A stretch of DNA of 55,255 nucleotides, taken from NCBI GenBank assembly GCA_041574955.1, contig JBFGNS010000006.1:1-55255 (forward strand), written 5' to 3'. Of this stretch, positions 9,649 through 19,186 are shown piece after piece (within the stretch, counting starts at the first letter, position 1; each line of letters opens with the position of its first letter). The notes under the pieces are model-generated. The model was not told the origin of the DNA, did not search any database, and saw only the letters and a program-made list of their open reading frames with translations. Both the position numbers and the translations under genes were made by a program. This stretch comes from Thermoanaerobaculia bacterium (GTDB lineage Bacteria > Acidobacteriota > Thermoanaerobaculia > Multivoradales > JAHEKO01).

Positions 9649-11331
9649 TCAGCCGGTGTCGCCGGCTTCGCGGAAGGCCACGAACCGCCCCCAGCAGGAG
9701 GCCAGTTCGACGCCGCGCTGGACAAAGGCGGCGACGTAGTAGCGGCCGGTGTCGGCGCCGGCGATGGCGTTGCCCAGGTTCTCGGCGTGCACGATGCCCT
9801 TGGGGAAGAGGTTCAGATGCATGTCCTGGTAGTACTTCTCCTGCGGATAGACCTCGTCCCAGCTCTTGCCGTACTGCTGGCGGATCTTGGCGTCGGCGAC
9901 GGCGAAGGTGCCCGGGTGCCACAGCCGTTGGATGGTGTTCATCGGGTGCTCCATGGCGACGCAGTCGATGCCCAGCCATTTGATCCGGCGCGCGATGCAC
10001 CAGTCGGCGAAGTCGGGCGACGGCCCGGGGTGCTGGATCATGTAACGGAACTCGTCGGAGTCGGGGCTGTTCCAGCCGAACCGGTGCCAGCCGGTCTTGA
10101 TCAGCAGGATGTCGCCGTCGCGCAGATCGACGCGCTGCTCGATCATCTCGGGCGTGTAGACGCTCGAGTTCGAGACCTCGTCCGAGATGTCGACGATCAC
10201 CCCCGGGCCGTGCCAGTAGTCGAGCGGTACCTGGCCGATGGTGCGGCCGGCGGCCCAGAAGTGCTTCTCGCCGTCCATGTGGGTGGCGATGTGGAAGCTG
10301 GCCTTGCAGTGGGCGTTGTTGCGGCCCAGCCCCAGATCCTGGCCGCCCACCCGCTTGGTGTACTTGAGGCACAGCGGCTCGTAGTTGGCCCACTGCGGGG
10401 TCTGCACCGAGAACGGCAGGGTGAGGTCGAGCATCTCGGTGGCGGCCATTGCGTCCAGAAAGTCGCGCTCGTCGACCCCGTCGGGCGCGGTCAGCGCCGC
10501 CACCCGGCACCACGCCGACTCGACCTCCATGAACGGCACCGGCTGGATCAGGAACCAGGCGCGCCGGTCGAGCAGCTCGCCGACGTCGCCGCCCAGCGCC
10601 TCGGCCAGCAGTAGCCCGGCCTTGGGGATCACGCGGTGGGTGAGGTGGTAGTAGTCGGCTGGTGGAAACAGCTCGTCCCAGCTCTTGCCGGTCGCGGCGC
10701 GCGCCCGGGCCTCGGCTTTGGCGAACTCGGCGGCGTGCATCCGCCGGATGTTGGTGTTCATCGGGTGCTCGGCGCAGCCGCAGTCGACGCCCACCAGCTT
10801 GAGCTCCATGTCGAGCGCCCACTCGTAGAACTCCGGCGACGGGCCGGGGTGGCGGACGTAGTAGCCGAACTCCTTGTTCTCGACCCCGCCCTGGGCGCGC
10901 GGGTTGGCGACGTCGGGCTGGTCCCAGGCGTAGCGGCGGTAGCCGGTGTGGACCACCAGGATGTCGCCCTCCCGGACCTCCACCCGGTCGGTGATCATCT
11001 CCGGGGTGTAGAAGCCGTAATCCGAGACCTCGCCCGAGACGTCGGCCACCACCCCCTCGCCGCACAGGTCGGTGAGCGGGATGTCGGCGATGGCGCGCGC
11101 CCCCGAGTGGAACGCGCGCGGCCCCACCAGGTGGGTGCCGGTGTTGTTGCTCCACTCGATGTACTGGCCGTTGGCCCCCTGGCCGCCGCCCCAGCTGCCG
11201 GTGAGGCGTTTGAAGAAGTGCACCTGGAGCGGCATCTCGCCGGGGAACGGCGGTGTGAAGATGCTGAGTGGCTGGGTCAGGTCGTGCCAGCGCGCGCCGG
11301 CGAGGTTGGCGATGGCTTGCTCGCGGTTCAT
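9649..11331 (-). CDS. Cyclase / kynurenine-formamidase-like metallohydrolase with two tandem domains
   Basis: Two homologous halves (YTPEMI..RV..R.GDIL, HPGPSP.F, EHPMNT twice); metal motif NNTGTHLVG in domain 1 and HIATHMDGEKH in domain 2. Confidence 0.85.
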   Translation of the reverse strand: MNREQAIANLAGARWHDLTQPLSIFTPPFPGEMPLQVHFFKRLTGSWGGGQGANGQYIEWSNNTGTHLVGPRAFHSGARAIADIPLTDLCGEGVVADVSGEVSDYGFYTPEMITDRVEVREGDILVVHTGYRRYAWDQPDVANPRAQGGVENKEFGYYVRHPGPSPEFYEWALDMELKLVGVDCGCAEHPMNTNIRRMHAAEFAKAEARARAATGKSWDELFPPADYYHLTHRVIPKAGLLLAEALGGDVGELLDRRAWFLIQPVPFMEVESAWCRVAALTAPDGVDERDFLDAMAATEMLDLTLPFSVQTPQWANYEPLCLKYTKRVGGQDLGLGRNNAHCKASFHIATHMDGEKHFWAAGRTIGQVPLDYWHGPGVIVDISDEVSNSSVYTPEMIEQRVDLRDGDILLIKTGWHRFGWNSPDSDEFRYMIQHPGPSPDFADWCIARRIKWLGIDCVAMEHPMNTIQRLWHPGTFAVADAKIRQQYGKSWDEVYPQEKYYQDMHLNLFPKGIVHAENLGNAIAGADTGRYYVAAFVQRGVELASCWGRFVAFREAGDTG

Positions 11332-11344
11332 CGATCGAGCCCCC

Positions 11345-12124
11345 TCAGGCGGCCCGCTGCTTGCGGGCGAACAGCAGGTCGTGATCGGTCGACTGCCGCG
11401 GCTTGTAGCGGTAGCCGTCGAGCGCGAACTCGCGGAGCCCGGCCGGCTCCTCGATGCGGTTCTCGATGATGAAGCGCGCCATCAGGCCGCGCGCCTTCTT
11501 GGCCGAGAAGCCGATCGTCTTGAGCTTGCCGTCGCGCAGCTCCTGAAAGCGCACTTCGATCATCGGCGCCGCCAGCCGCTCGGCGGGCACCGCCTTGACG
11601 TACTCGTTGGAGGCCAGGTTGATCACCGCCGGCGCCGGCCGCTCGCGCAGCTCCGAGTTCAGCAGCCCGACCAGCCGGTCGCCCCAGAACTCGTACAGGT
11701 TGCGGCCCCGCGAGGTCTCGAGCCGGCTGCCCATCTCCAGCCGGTACGGCTGGATCGAGTCGAGCGGCCGCAGGACCCCGTACAGGCCCGACAGGATCCG
11801 CAGGTGGTCCTGCGCCCAGTCGAGGTCGTCGGCCGATAGGCTGCCCGCGTCGAGGCGCCGGTAGACGTCGCCCTGGAAGGCGAGCAGCGCGGGCTTCGAG
11901 TTGTCGCGCTTCGGCCGCGGGGTCATCTGCTGGAACCGCTCGTGGTTGAGCCGGGCCAGCGAGTCGCTCAGCTTCATCAGCCGGCCGAGCTCGGCCGGGC
12001 CGAGCTGCTTGCAGCGCTCGACCAGCGCGGCGGTGTCCTTCGACAGCCGGGGGCGGGTAGGGCGCACGCCGGCGGGTGGCGGCGAGAAGTCGAGGGTCTT
12101 GGCGGGGGACAGCAGGATCAGCAC
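11345..12124 (-). CDS. yaaA: Peroxide stress protein YaaA (DUF328)
   Basis: GTG 12124 after GGAGG. LSPAKTL, LSGLYG.LRPLD.IQPYRLEMG, NLASNEY, AKKARG. Confidence 0.93.
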   Translation of the reverse strand: MLILLSPAKTLDFSPPPAGVRPTRPRLSKDTAALVERCKQLGPAELGRLMKLSDSLARLNHERFQQMTPRPKRDNSKPALLAFQGDVYRRLDAGSLSADDLDWAQDHLRILSGLYGVLRPLDSIQPYRLEMGSRLETSRGRNLYEFWGDRLVGLLNSELRERPAPAVINLASNEYVKAVPAERLAAPMIEVRFQELRDGKLKTIGFSAKKARGLMARFIIENRIEEPAGLREFALDGYRYKPRQSTDHDLLFARKQRAA

Positions 12125-12278
12125 GGTGCCTCCTTGGAGCCGCCGGCCGTCGGCCGGCACGAGATGGGCGGGGCCGGGGCGCGCCCGGCCGTCTCAGACC
12201 ACCAGATCGTAGTCGACGGCTGGCGACGGGTAAACCGGCAGCGCCTGCCGATCCCGGGCGAGCGGCATCGGCTACTCT

Positions 12279-12515
12279 ATGCAGCCTGTTATGGCATCCG
12301 ACCGTGACGCTGGCGGCAAGGGGTTCTTCCCCCTGGGGCGGGGGGCGGCGGCGGCGCTCGTCTTCCTGGTGGCGTTCTCGGCGGTTTCCTTCCTGCCGGT
12401 GTGGCGGACCGTCGAGCTGGCCGGGATGGCGGTCTTCGGCTGGCTGATGGCGGCGCTGATGCTGCTCTCACCGGCGCTCACCCTGTGGGTCTTCCGGCGC
12501 GGGCGACGGCGGTAG
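12279..12515 (+). CDS. Small two-TM membrane protein, probable accessory partner of the downstream SSS transporter
   Basis: Two hydrophobic segments, ends 10 nt before SSS start; start may be 12291. Confidence 0.65.
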   Translation: MQPVMASDRDAGGKGFFPLGRGAAAALVFLVAFSAVSFLPVWRTVELAGMAVFGWLMAALMLLSPALTLWVFRRGRRR

Positions 12516-12525
12516 GAGGCGGACG

Positions 12526-13974
12526 GTGGTCGTCGAGCGGGTGCTGGTGGTCGTCTACCTGGCGGCCTGCATCGGTATCGGCGTGCTGGCGTCGCGCCGG
12601 GTGTTCCGCTCGGGCGACGAGTACTGGGTGGCGGGCCGGCGGATCGGCACGGCGGTCAACGCCATGGCGATCATGGCCAGCCTGGCCAGCGGCGGCTCGA
12701 TCATCGGGGTGATGGGGCTGGCCTACTCGGGCGGCATCCCGGCGACACTGGCGCTGTTTGCCGGCGCGGTGATCGGCTTCCCGCTGGCCTCGATCCTGGT
12801 TGCCCGCCAGCTGCGCAACTTCGGCCGCTACACCATCACCGACTTCCTGGCCTGGCGGTTCCCCAGCCCGGTGGTGCGGCTGGTGGTGCCGCTGTCGATC
12901 GTGGTGGCGTTCACCGTCTACATCGTGGCGCAGCTCAAGGCGGCGGGGATCACCGCCCAGGCGCTGCTCGGCATCCCCTACTCGACGGCGCTGGTGATCG
13001 CCACCGCGGTGTTCATCCTGTACGTCTCGATCGGCGGCATGATCGCCATCACCTGGACCGACGTCATCCAGGGTCTGCTGATGCTGGTGGTGGTGGTGGG
13101 GACGGCGGTGGCGGTGATGTGGCGCTTCGGCTCGCCGTTCGAGCTGATGCGCCAGGCGACCGCGGTGGCGCCCGAGCTGGGGCAGCTGGCCGGCCAGGAG
13201 CTGTCGAGCTACCTGGGTTTCTTCGTCATCTGGGCGACCGCCATCCCGGTCATCCCACACATCGTGATGCGGGTGTTCACGGCGCGCGACGCGCGCGGCG
13301 CGCGGCTGTCGCTCAACCTGGCGATGCTGGCCTACAGCGTGATGATCCTGGCCGCTGTGCTGGCGGTGGTGCCGCTCGGCAAGATGAGCTTCCCCGGGCT
13401 GGCCGACGCCGACCAGGTGTTCCTCAAGGTGATGGAGAGCGAGTTCCCGGCGGTGGTGCGCGGGGTGGCGGTGGCGGCGGTGCTGGCGGCGGTCATGTCG
13501 ACCACCGACGCTCTGCTGCTGGCGACCAGCTCGGCGATCACCCACGACCTGCTGGGCGGCTTCTTCGGCCTGCGTACCGGCGAGCGGGCGCAGGCGGCGA
13601 TCCGCATCGGCTCGACCTGGCTGATCGGTGCCCTGGCGCTCTACTGGGCGCTGTCACCGCCCGAGCTGATCAGCCGCTTCTACACCGCCGGCGTCGGCCT
13701 GCTGAGCGCCGGCCTGTTCGTGCCGACCGTCGCCGGGCTGTGGTGGAAGCGGGCCAACCTCGCCGGCGGCGTCGGCGCGCTGGTCGCCGGCGCGGGGAGC
13801 TACGCGCTGATGCTGGCCGGGGTGTTCGAGCCGCCGGTGGCGCCGATCGTGGTGGCGCTTCTGGCGAGCGCCGTGGCGATGACCGCCGGCGGCCTGCTGG
13901 GGCGGCCGGAGTCGGCGTCGAGGATCGCCGAGGTGGCCCGGCTGCACGCCGGCGACGCCCCGCCGCCGCCCTGA
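12526..13974 (+). CDS. Sodium:solute symporter family transporter
   Basis: YWVAGR, YTITDFLAWRF, AQLKAAG, GGMIAITWTD.IQG, AAVMSTTD; about 13 TM. Confidence 0.92.
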   Translation: MVVERVLVVVYLAACIGIGVLASRRVFRSGDEYWVAGRRIGTAVNAMAIMASLASGGSIIGVMGLAYSGGIPATLALFAGAVIGFPLASILVARQLRNFGRYTITDFLAWRFPSPVVRLVVPLSIVVAFTVYIVAQLKAAGITAQALLGIPYSTALVIATAVFILYVSIGGMIAITWTDVIQGLLMLVVVVGTAVAVMWRFGSPFELMRQATAVAPELGQLAGQELSSYLGFFVIWATAIPVIPHIVMRVFTARDARGARLSLNLAMLAYSVMILAAVLAVVPLGKMSFPGLADADQVFLKVMESEFPAVVRGVAVAAVLAAVMSTTDALLLATSSAITHDLLGGFFGLRTGERAQAAIRIGSTWLIGALALYWALSPPELISRFYTAGVGLLSAGLFVPTVAGLWWKRANLAGGVGALVAGAGSYALMLAGVFEPPVAPIVVALLASAVAMTAGGLLGRPESASRIAEVARLHAGDAPPPP

Positions 13975-14084
13975 GCCCGCCAGCCCGAGGCCGGCCGCCG
14001 GAGGCTGCTTGCGGTACAGTCCGGGAATCGTCTTGAGCAGCTTTGTCCGGCGCCCGCGCGGCGCGTGAAGAGAGGAGTCGAACC

Positions 14085-15053
14085 GTGGCCAAGATCATGC
14101 TGTCGAGCGCCAACAGCCCCACCGCCCGGGGCCTCAACACCGTCCAGGCGTTCCTCCGCCTGGTGATCTGGGTGGTGTCGCTGGGCGTGTTCATGGGGAT
14201 CACCGTGCTGCTGGCCGGCGCGCTGGGGGCGGTGAGCGAGTTCCTGGGCGGCGCGACGCTGGCGGTGGGCGGCATCGTGTCGCTGGTGCTGTCGATCATG
14301 ATGGCGCGCACCCTGTACGTCATCCCCGAGTACCAGCGGGTGGTGCTCTTGCGGCTCGGCAAGTTCGTCGGCGTCAAGGGCCCCGGGCTTTTCTGGGTGA
14401 TCCCCTACCCGCCGTTCTTCCGCTCGGTGGCGGCGATCCTCGACATCCGGGTGCAGACGCGGGTGATCAAGGCGGCCGAGACGCTCACCTCGGACAACGT
14501 GCCGGTGGGCTGCGAGGCGGTGATCTTCATGCGCGTCGAGGACCCCGAGCGCGCCGCGCTGCACGTCGAGAACTACAGCGAGGCGGTGTTCCAGGCCTCC
14601 AACAGCGCGCTCAAGGACACCGTCGGCACGCTCGACCTGACCGAGCTGCTGAGCGAGCGCGAGAAGGTCTCCGAGAGGCTGGCGGCGATCATCGATTCGG
14701 CGGCCAAGCGGTTCGGCATCGACGTCTCGTCGGTCGAGATCACCGACGTGCGGGTGCCGCCGGATCTGATCCAGGAGCTCAGCGTCATCGCCCAGTCACG
14801 CCGCTCGGCGCAGGCCAAGATCGCCGAGGCCGAGGCCGAGAAGCAGATCGCCCAGCGCCTGCAGGAGGCCGCCGAGTCGCTCGGCGACCGCGCGCTGGAG
14901 ATGTACCGCCTGAACGTCCTCGAGCGGCTGGGCCGCGAGGAGGGCAGCCAGATCGTGGTCTACGGCATGGGCGGATCGAACCCGGCCATGGAGACCGCCA
15001 TCAGCGGCTCCACCGCCGGCTCGATGGCGGGGCAGCAGAAGAGCTCGGGCTGA
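14085..15053 (+). CDS. SPFH/band-7 (stomatin-like) protein
   Basis: GTG 14085 after AGAGGAG. VIPEYQRVVLLRLGKF..KGPGL, LTSDNV. Confidence 0.88.
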   Translation: MAKIMLSSANSPTARGLNTVQAFLRLVIWVVSLGVFMGITVLLAGALGAVSEFLGGATLAVGGIVSLVLSIMMARTLYVIPEYQRVVLLRLGKFVGVKGPGLFWVIPYPPFFRSVAAILDIRVQTRVIKAAETLTSDNVPVGCEAVIFMRVEDPERAALHVENYSEAVFQASNSALKDTVGTLDLTELLSEREKVSERLAAIIDSAAKRFGIDVSSVEITDVRVPPDLIQELSVIAQSRRSAQAKIAEAEAEKQIAQRLQEAAESLGDRALEMYRLNVLERLGREEGSQIVVYGMGGSNPAMETAISGSTAGSMAGQQKSSG

Positions 15054-15069
15054 GGCCGGAAGCGACCGG

Positions 15070-17616
15070 CTAGGGCTCGGGCGTCTCGCCGCTGAGCTCG
15101 GCGGCGCGGCGGCTGGCGTCGTCGGCCTTGGCGCGCAGGCGGGCGGCGCGGCGGCGGGTCTGCTCGGCCTCTTCCTCGGCGCGCTCGAGCGCCTCGGCCA
15201 GCTCGGCGGTGGCCGGGGAATCGGGGGAGCGCTTGCTGGCCTTGGCCAGCTTGCGCCGCGCCGTCTCGGCGTCCTCGGCGGCAGCCTTGGCGGCGCCGGC
15301 GGCCTCGGCCGCCAGCTTCTCGGCCTTGGCCGCCGCGTCGACCGCGCCGGCCACCTCGGCGTGGCTGCCGCCCTCGGGCTCGCTGTCGAGCAGGATCTCC
15401 TGGCGGGCGCAAACCAGCGCGGTGGTGCCCAGCTCGCGCACCACCTCCTCGAGCTCGCCGCCGTAGACGTTCTCGAGCGCACCGCCGGCGAGGTGGAACG
15501 GTTGGAAGACCACCGAGCTGCCGCGCGACTGCTCGATCACCGTCCCGGGACCGGGGTTGGCGACGATCTCGGGGGTCGCCTCGATGCGCGCCTCCTCGAG
15601 CATCGCGGCCAGCCGCGTGGTGGCCTGGGCCAGGGTCTCGCTGCCCTCGGCGGCGGCGAACAGGCGGATCTCGGCCTGCGCGAACGGGTCGCTGCGGGTG
15701 AGCAGGTAGGCCAGCAGCAGCATCAGCCGGCCCTCGTCGTCGTCCCGGTACCAGACGTCGATCCGGCGCTTCTTGGGCGGCGTGGCCTCGATGGCGGCGA
15801 AGTCCTCTTTGCGCGCCGCCAGCAGCACCACGTTGCAGTCGAATCTGAGCGCCAGCAGAACGTGCTCCATGTAGGCGGCGAGGCCGGGCGTCTCCTGGGT
15901 GTCGTCGCGGTCGTAGAAGTTGAGCAGCACGGTGTTGGCCCGCACCCGGCCGAGGCCGTAGGACTGCAGCAGCACCGACAGCGCGCGCTCGACGTCGTCG
16001 CTGGCGATCACCCGGGCGAAGGCGTCCAGACCCTGCCGCTTGATCTCGGCCTCGAGCTCGCGCTCGCTCCTCTCGCGCAGCCGGCGCGCCATGGCGCCGG
16101 TGGCCCGCTCGATCCGCACCACGGTGGTGAAGCCGGCGCCGCCCTCGAGCCAGGAAGCGAACCGGATCAGCCGCTCGCGACGCTTGGGGTTGTCGGAGAA
16201 GGCGAGCAGCACCGGCCGCCAGTCGCGCGGGTGCTCGAGGTCGCCGCGGATGGCGTGCAAGTCGTCGCGCACCCGCTGCAGGCGGTGCGAGCGGGCGCTG
16301 TCGGCCCAGCGCTCGACGCGCACGCTGCGCGACACGTACTGGTAGAGCACGAACAGCACCACCACCGCCAGCGCGCCGGCGGTGGGGCTGATCGCCAGCA
16401 TCGCGGCCAGGCAGCCGAGCGCCCCGGCCAGGCTGAGGGTCGAGTTGAAGAAGCGGAAGCGGGGGCGGAACGACGGGCTGTTGGCGCGCGCCTCGAAGTA
16501 GGTGGCGTAGTTGAGCAGGCCGTAGGAGATCAGGAAGAACATCGACACCACCGAGGCGATGGCGTTCAAGTTCCCCAGGCCGATGGTGGCGAAGGCGATG
16601 ACGGTGGCCAGCAGTACGCCGCGCCGCGGGTTGCCGGTGGGCCCGTGGCCGGCGGCGAACGGGTTGAGCGGCGGGAAGACCTTGTCGGCGGCCAGCGACT
16701 GGAGGATCCTCGGCGCGCCGAGAAACGACGCCATCGCCGACGACAGGGTGGCCGCTATGACGCCGGCGTCGATCAGCCAGGAGACCGCCGCCACCCGCCG
16801 CATCGCCGTGTAGTCGGCGGCCAGCTCGCCGCCCGGCAGCGCGCCGGCGAACACCACCGCCGCCCCGATGTAGACGGCGAACGACAGAAAGACCGCCGCG
16901 AAGGTGCCGAGCGGCAGGCTGCGCCCCGGGTCCCGCAGGTCGCCCGACATGCTGACGCCCTGGGTGAAGCCGGTGACCGCCGGGAAGAAGATGGCGAACA
17001 GCAGCCAGAACGAGCCGTCGACGCCCTCCGCCACCGCCGGCGCCAGGTTGGCCTCGAGCTGCTCGCCCGAGAAGGTGCCGGCGCCGCCCACGAAGAACGC
17101 CACCAGCGCGGTCAACAGCACCGTCATCACCACGTACTGGAAGCGGGTGGCGACGTCGGCGCCCTTCCAGGCCAGCACGAACAGCGCCGCCACCGCCGCG
17201 CCGGCGATCCCCTTGATCGCCTGGGGGTGCTCGAGCCCGGCGAGGCTGGCGACCGCTTCCGAGAAGCCGATGGCGTAGAAGGCGATCGACACCGCCTGGG
17301 CCAGGAACAGCACCAGCCCGAGGGCGCCGCCGTACTCGACGCCCAGGGTGCGCGAGATCAGGTAGTAGTCGCCGCCGCCCTTGACCCTCAGGTTGGTGGC
17401 GATCGCCGACAGCGAGATCGAGGTCAGGATCGAGATGGCGTTGGCCATCAGGATGATGAGCAGCGCCCGGCTCAGCCCGCCGGCGCCGACCACGAAGCCG
17501 ACGCGCAGGAACAGGATGATGCCGAGGATCGTGAGGATGCTCGGCGTGAAGACGCCGGCGAAGGTGCCGAGCGAGCCCCCCTGCGGGGCTGCTTGCTGGT
17601 TCTGCGGCGCCGTCAC
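15070..17616 (-). CDS. Cation-chloride cotransporter (SLC12/CCC family amino acid permease)
   Basis: LGTFAGVFTP, GGGDYYLISRTLG, FFPAVTGF..G.SMSGDL, PSFRPRF, WRP; large cytoplasmic C-domain. Confidence 0.9.
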   Translation of the reverse strand: MTAPQNQQAAPQGGSLGTFAGVFTPSILTILGIILFLRVGFVVGAGGLSRALLIILMANAISILTSISLSAIATNLRVKGGGDYYLISRTLGVEYGGALGLVLFLAQAVSIAFYAIGFSEAVASLAGLEHPQAIKGIAGAAVAALFVLAWKGADVATRFQYVVMTVLLTALVAFFVGGAGTFSGEQLEANLAPAVAEGVDGSFWLLFAIFFPAVTGFTQGVSMSGDLRDPGRSLPLGTFAAVFLSFAVYIGAAVVFAGALPGGELAADYTAMRRVAAVSWLIDAGVIAATLSSAMASFLGAPRILQSLAADKVFPPLNPFAAGHGPTGNPRRGVLLATVIAFATIGLGNLNAIASVVSMFFLISYGLLNYATYFEARANSPSFRPRFRFFNSTLSLAGALGCLAAMLAISPTAGALAVVVLFVLYQYVSRSVRVERWADSARSHRLQRVRDDLHAIRGDLEHPRDWRPVLLAFSDNPKRRERLIRFASWLEGGAGFTTVVRIERATGAMARRLRERSERELEAEIKRQGLDAFARVIASDDVERALSVLLQSYGLGRVRANTVLLNFYDRDDTQETPGLAAYMEHVLLALRFDCNVVLLAARKEDFAAIEATPPKKRRIDVWYRDDDEGRLMLLLAYLLTRSDPFAQAEIRLFAAAEGSETLAQATTRLAAMLEEARIEATPEIVANPGPGTVIEQSRGSSVVFQPFHLAGGALENVYGGELEEVVRELGTTALVCARQEILLDSEPEGGSHAEVAGAVDAAAKAEKLAAEAAGAAKAAAEDAETARRKLAKASKRSPDSPATAELAEALERAEEEAEQTRRRAARLRAKADDASRRAAELSGETPEP

Positions 17617-17790
17617 GCAGCGGATCCTATGTCAAGCCGCGCCCGAGCCGAGCACCCGCAGCCGGCGCGGCCGGCCGCACGAGCCGTGGCAGGTGCCGAC
17701 GGCGGGGCTTCTCGTGCGACCCGGTTTCTGCTAGCTTCCGCGGCCATTTCGCCGCCGAGCGCGGCGGCTTGCGACAAGGAGGAGGCCGTG

Positions 17791-19113
17791 ATGGGCAACC
17801 GATGGCAGTGGCAGGTGAGGTGGCAGGTGAGGTGGCAGGTGGTCATGGTGATACTCGCCGTGATGGCGAGCGCCGCCGTGGCCGACGACTTCGAGGTCTG
17901 GCTGGTGGACCAATCGAACTCGTTTGGCAAGAGCTACGGCGGCACGATCTACATCTACGACGGACACGATCTGATGGGGCAGGCCGCGTCCAAGGCGCGG
18001 CCGACGGCGGTCGTCGATCTGGGCGGCGAGGTGGCGCAGCTCTGCTTCGACACCACCGGCGCCCGCCCGGTGCGGCCCCACATGGTGGTCTTCAACTCGA
18101 CAGACTCCCACGCCACGCTGGCGTTCGTAGCCTCGGGGCACGTCGTCTTCTTCGACGCCCGCACCCTCGCTCCGCTCGCCTGCCTCCGCATGCAGGCGGG
18201 CGCCGGCGGCGCGCGTCAGGCGCACGCCGTTTGGCCCACCAGCGACGACCGGTTCATGCTGGTGGCCAACCAGAACGGCAAGCTGTTCGAGCGCATCCGC
18301 ACTGACTACGCGACCAACAGCTTCGTCTACGAGCCGGCAGCGGCGCTCGACCTGGCGAACTGCCTGACGCCCAACGGCCAGCCGTGCCAGGCGGCCGGGG
18401 TGCGGCCCGACAACGCGCCGATCTGCCCGTTCGTCAGCTCGGCCGGCAGCCCGGCCTACGTCACCCTGCGTGGCGGCGGCCTGCTGGCGGTCAACCCGAC
18501 GGCAACGCCGATGAGCATCGTCGCCGAGTACGACCGGTCGGCGATCGGCGGCAACGGCTGCGGCCTGATCGAGGCCCGCGGCTGGGTCTACCTCAACGCC
18601 GGCGGCGGCACCGCCAGCAACCTCGAGCGGTTCGCCGTCTACCGCCTGCCGGTCGGCGGCTACTCGCCGCTCAATCCGCCCAACTCGCCCGCCGCGCAGC
18701 TGCTCTACGAGGACAACCACGGACGCGACGCGCACGGCGTCGCCGTCAGCCGGGACGGCCGGTGGGTCTGGATGTACGACCGGCTGGGCAACCGGGCCGA
18801 AGTGTTCGACGCCGAGTCGGGCGTCCACGCCGGCACGGTGAGCCTCGAGGGTCCGCTGAGCGCGGACCCGTCACCCGACCTGGTGGCGCCTTCGCCGTCC
18901 GGCAACCGGCACTTCGTCTCGCTGCGCGGCCCCAACCCGCTGTCCGGTGATCCCCACGCCTCGAGCGGGGCGACACCCGGGCTGGGGGTGGTGCAGATCA
19001 CCGAGGGAGGCAGAGACGGCTACCTGAAGGCGATCGTGCGGATCTCCAACGTGGACGGCGCCGGCGTCGAGCGCGCCGACGCGCACGGCATCCGCCTGCG
19101 CCGCAAGCGGTAG
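17791..19113 (+). CDS. Secreted beta-propeller-like protein (YVTN/YncE-like)
   Basis: AAGGAGGAGG RBS; signal peptide ending AVA-D; blade-like repeats (PHMVVFN, AHAVWPT, AHGVAVSRDGRW, PDLVAPSPSG). Confidence 0.7.
   Translation: MGNRWQWQVRWQVRWQVVMVILAVMASAAVADDFEVWLVDQSNSFGKSYGGTIYIYDGHDLMGQAASKARPTAVVDLGGEVAQLCFDTTGARPVRPHMVVFNSTDSHATLAFVASGHVVFFDARTLAPLACLRMQAGAGGARQAHAVWPTSDDRFMLVANQNGKLFERIRTDYATNSFVYEPAAALDLANCLTPNGQPCQAAGVRPDNAPICPFVSSAGSPAYVTLRGGGLLAVNPTATPMSIVAEYDRSAIGGNGCGLIEARGWVYLNAGGGTASNLERFAVYRLPVGGYSPLNPPNSPAAQLLYEDNHGRDAHGVAVSRDGRWVWMYDRLGNRAEVFDAESGVHAGTVSLEGPLSADPSPDLVAPSPSGNRHFVSLRGPNPLSGDPHASSGATPGLGVVQITEGGRDGYLKAIVRISNVDGAGVERADAHGIRLRRKR
17809..17841 (+). repeat. 12-bp tandem repeat (tggcaggtgagg) x2.75 encoding WQVR repeats in a signal peptide
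   Basis: Directly visible in sequence. Confidence 0.85.
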
Positions 19114-19186
19114 GACCGGTGAGAGGGCCGGCTGCCCCGGAGCCGGCCCTCCCCACCTGCCCCGGGGAACGGGGCCGCGGCGCTCC

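Noticed and set aside
15361-17790. 5' two-thirds of the 1250-aa plus-strand ORF
   Set aside because: Antisense shadow of the CCC gene; the real gene starts at 17791 after a strong RBS
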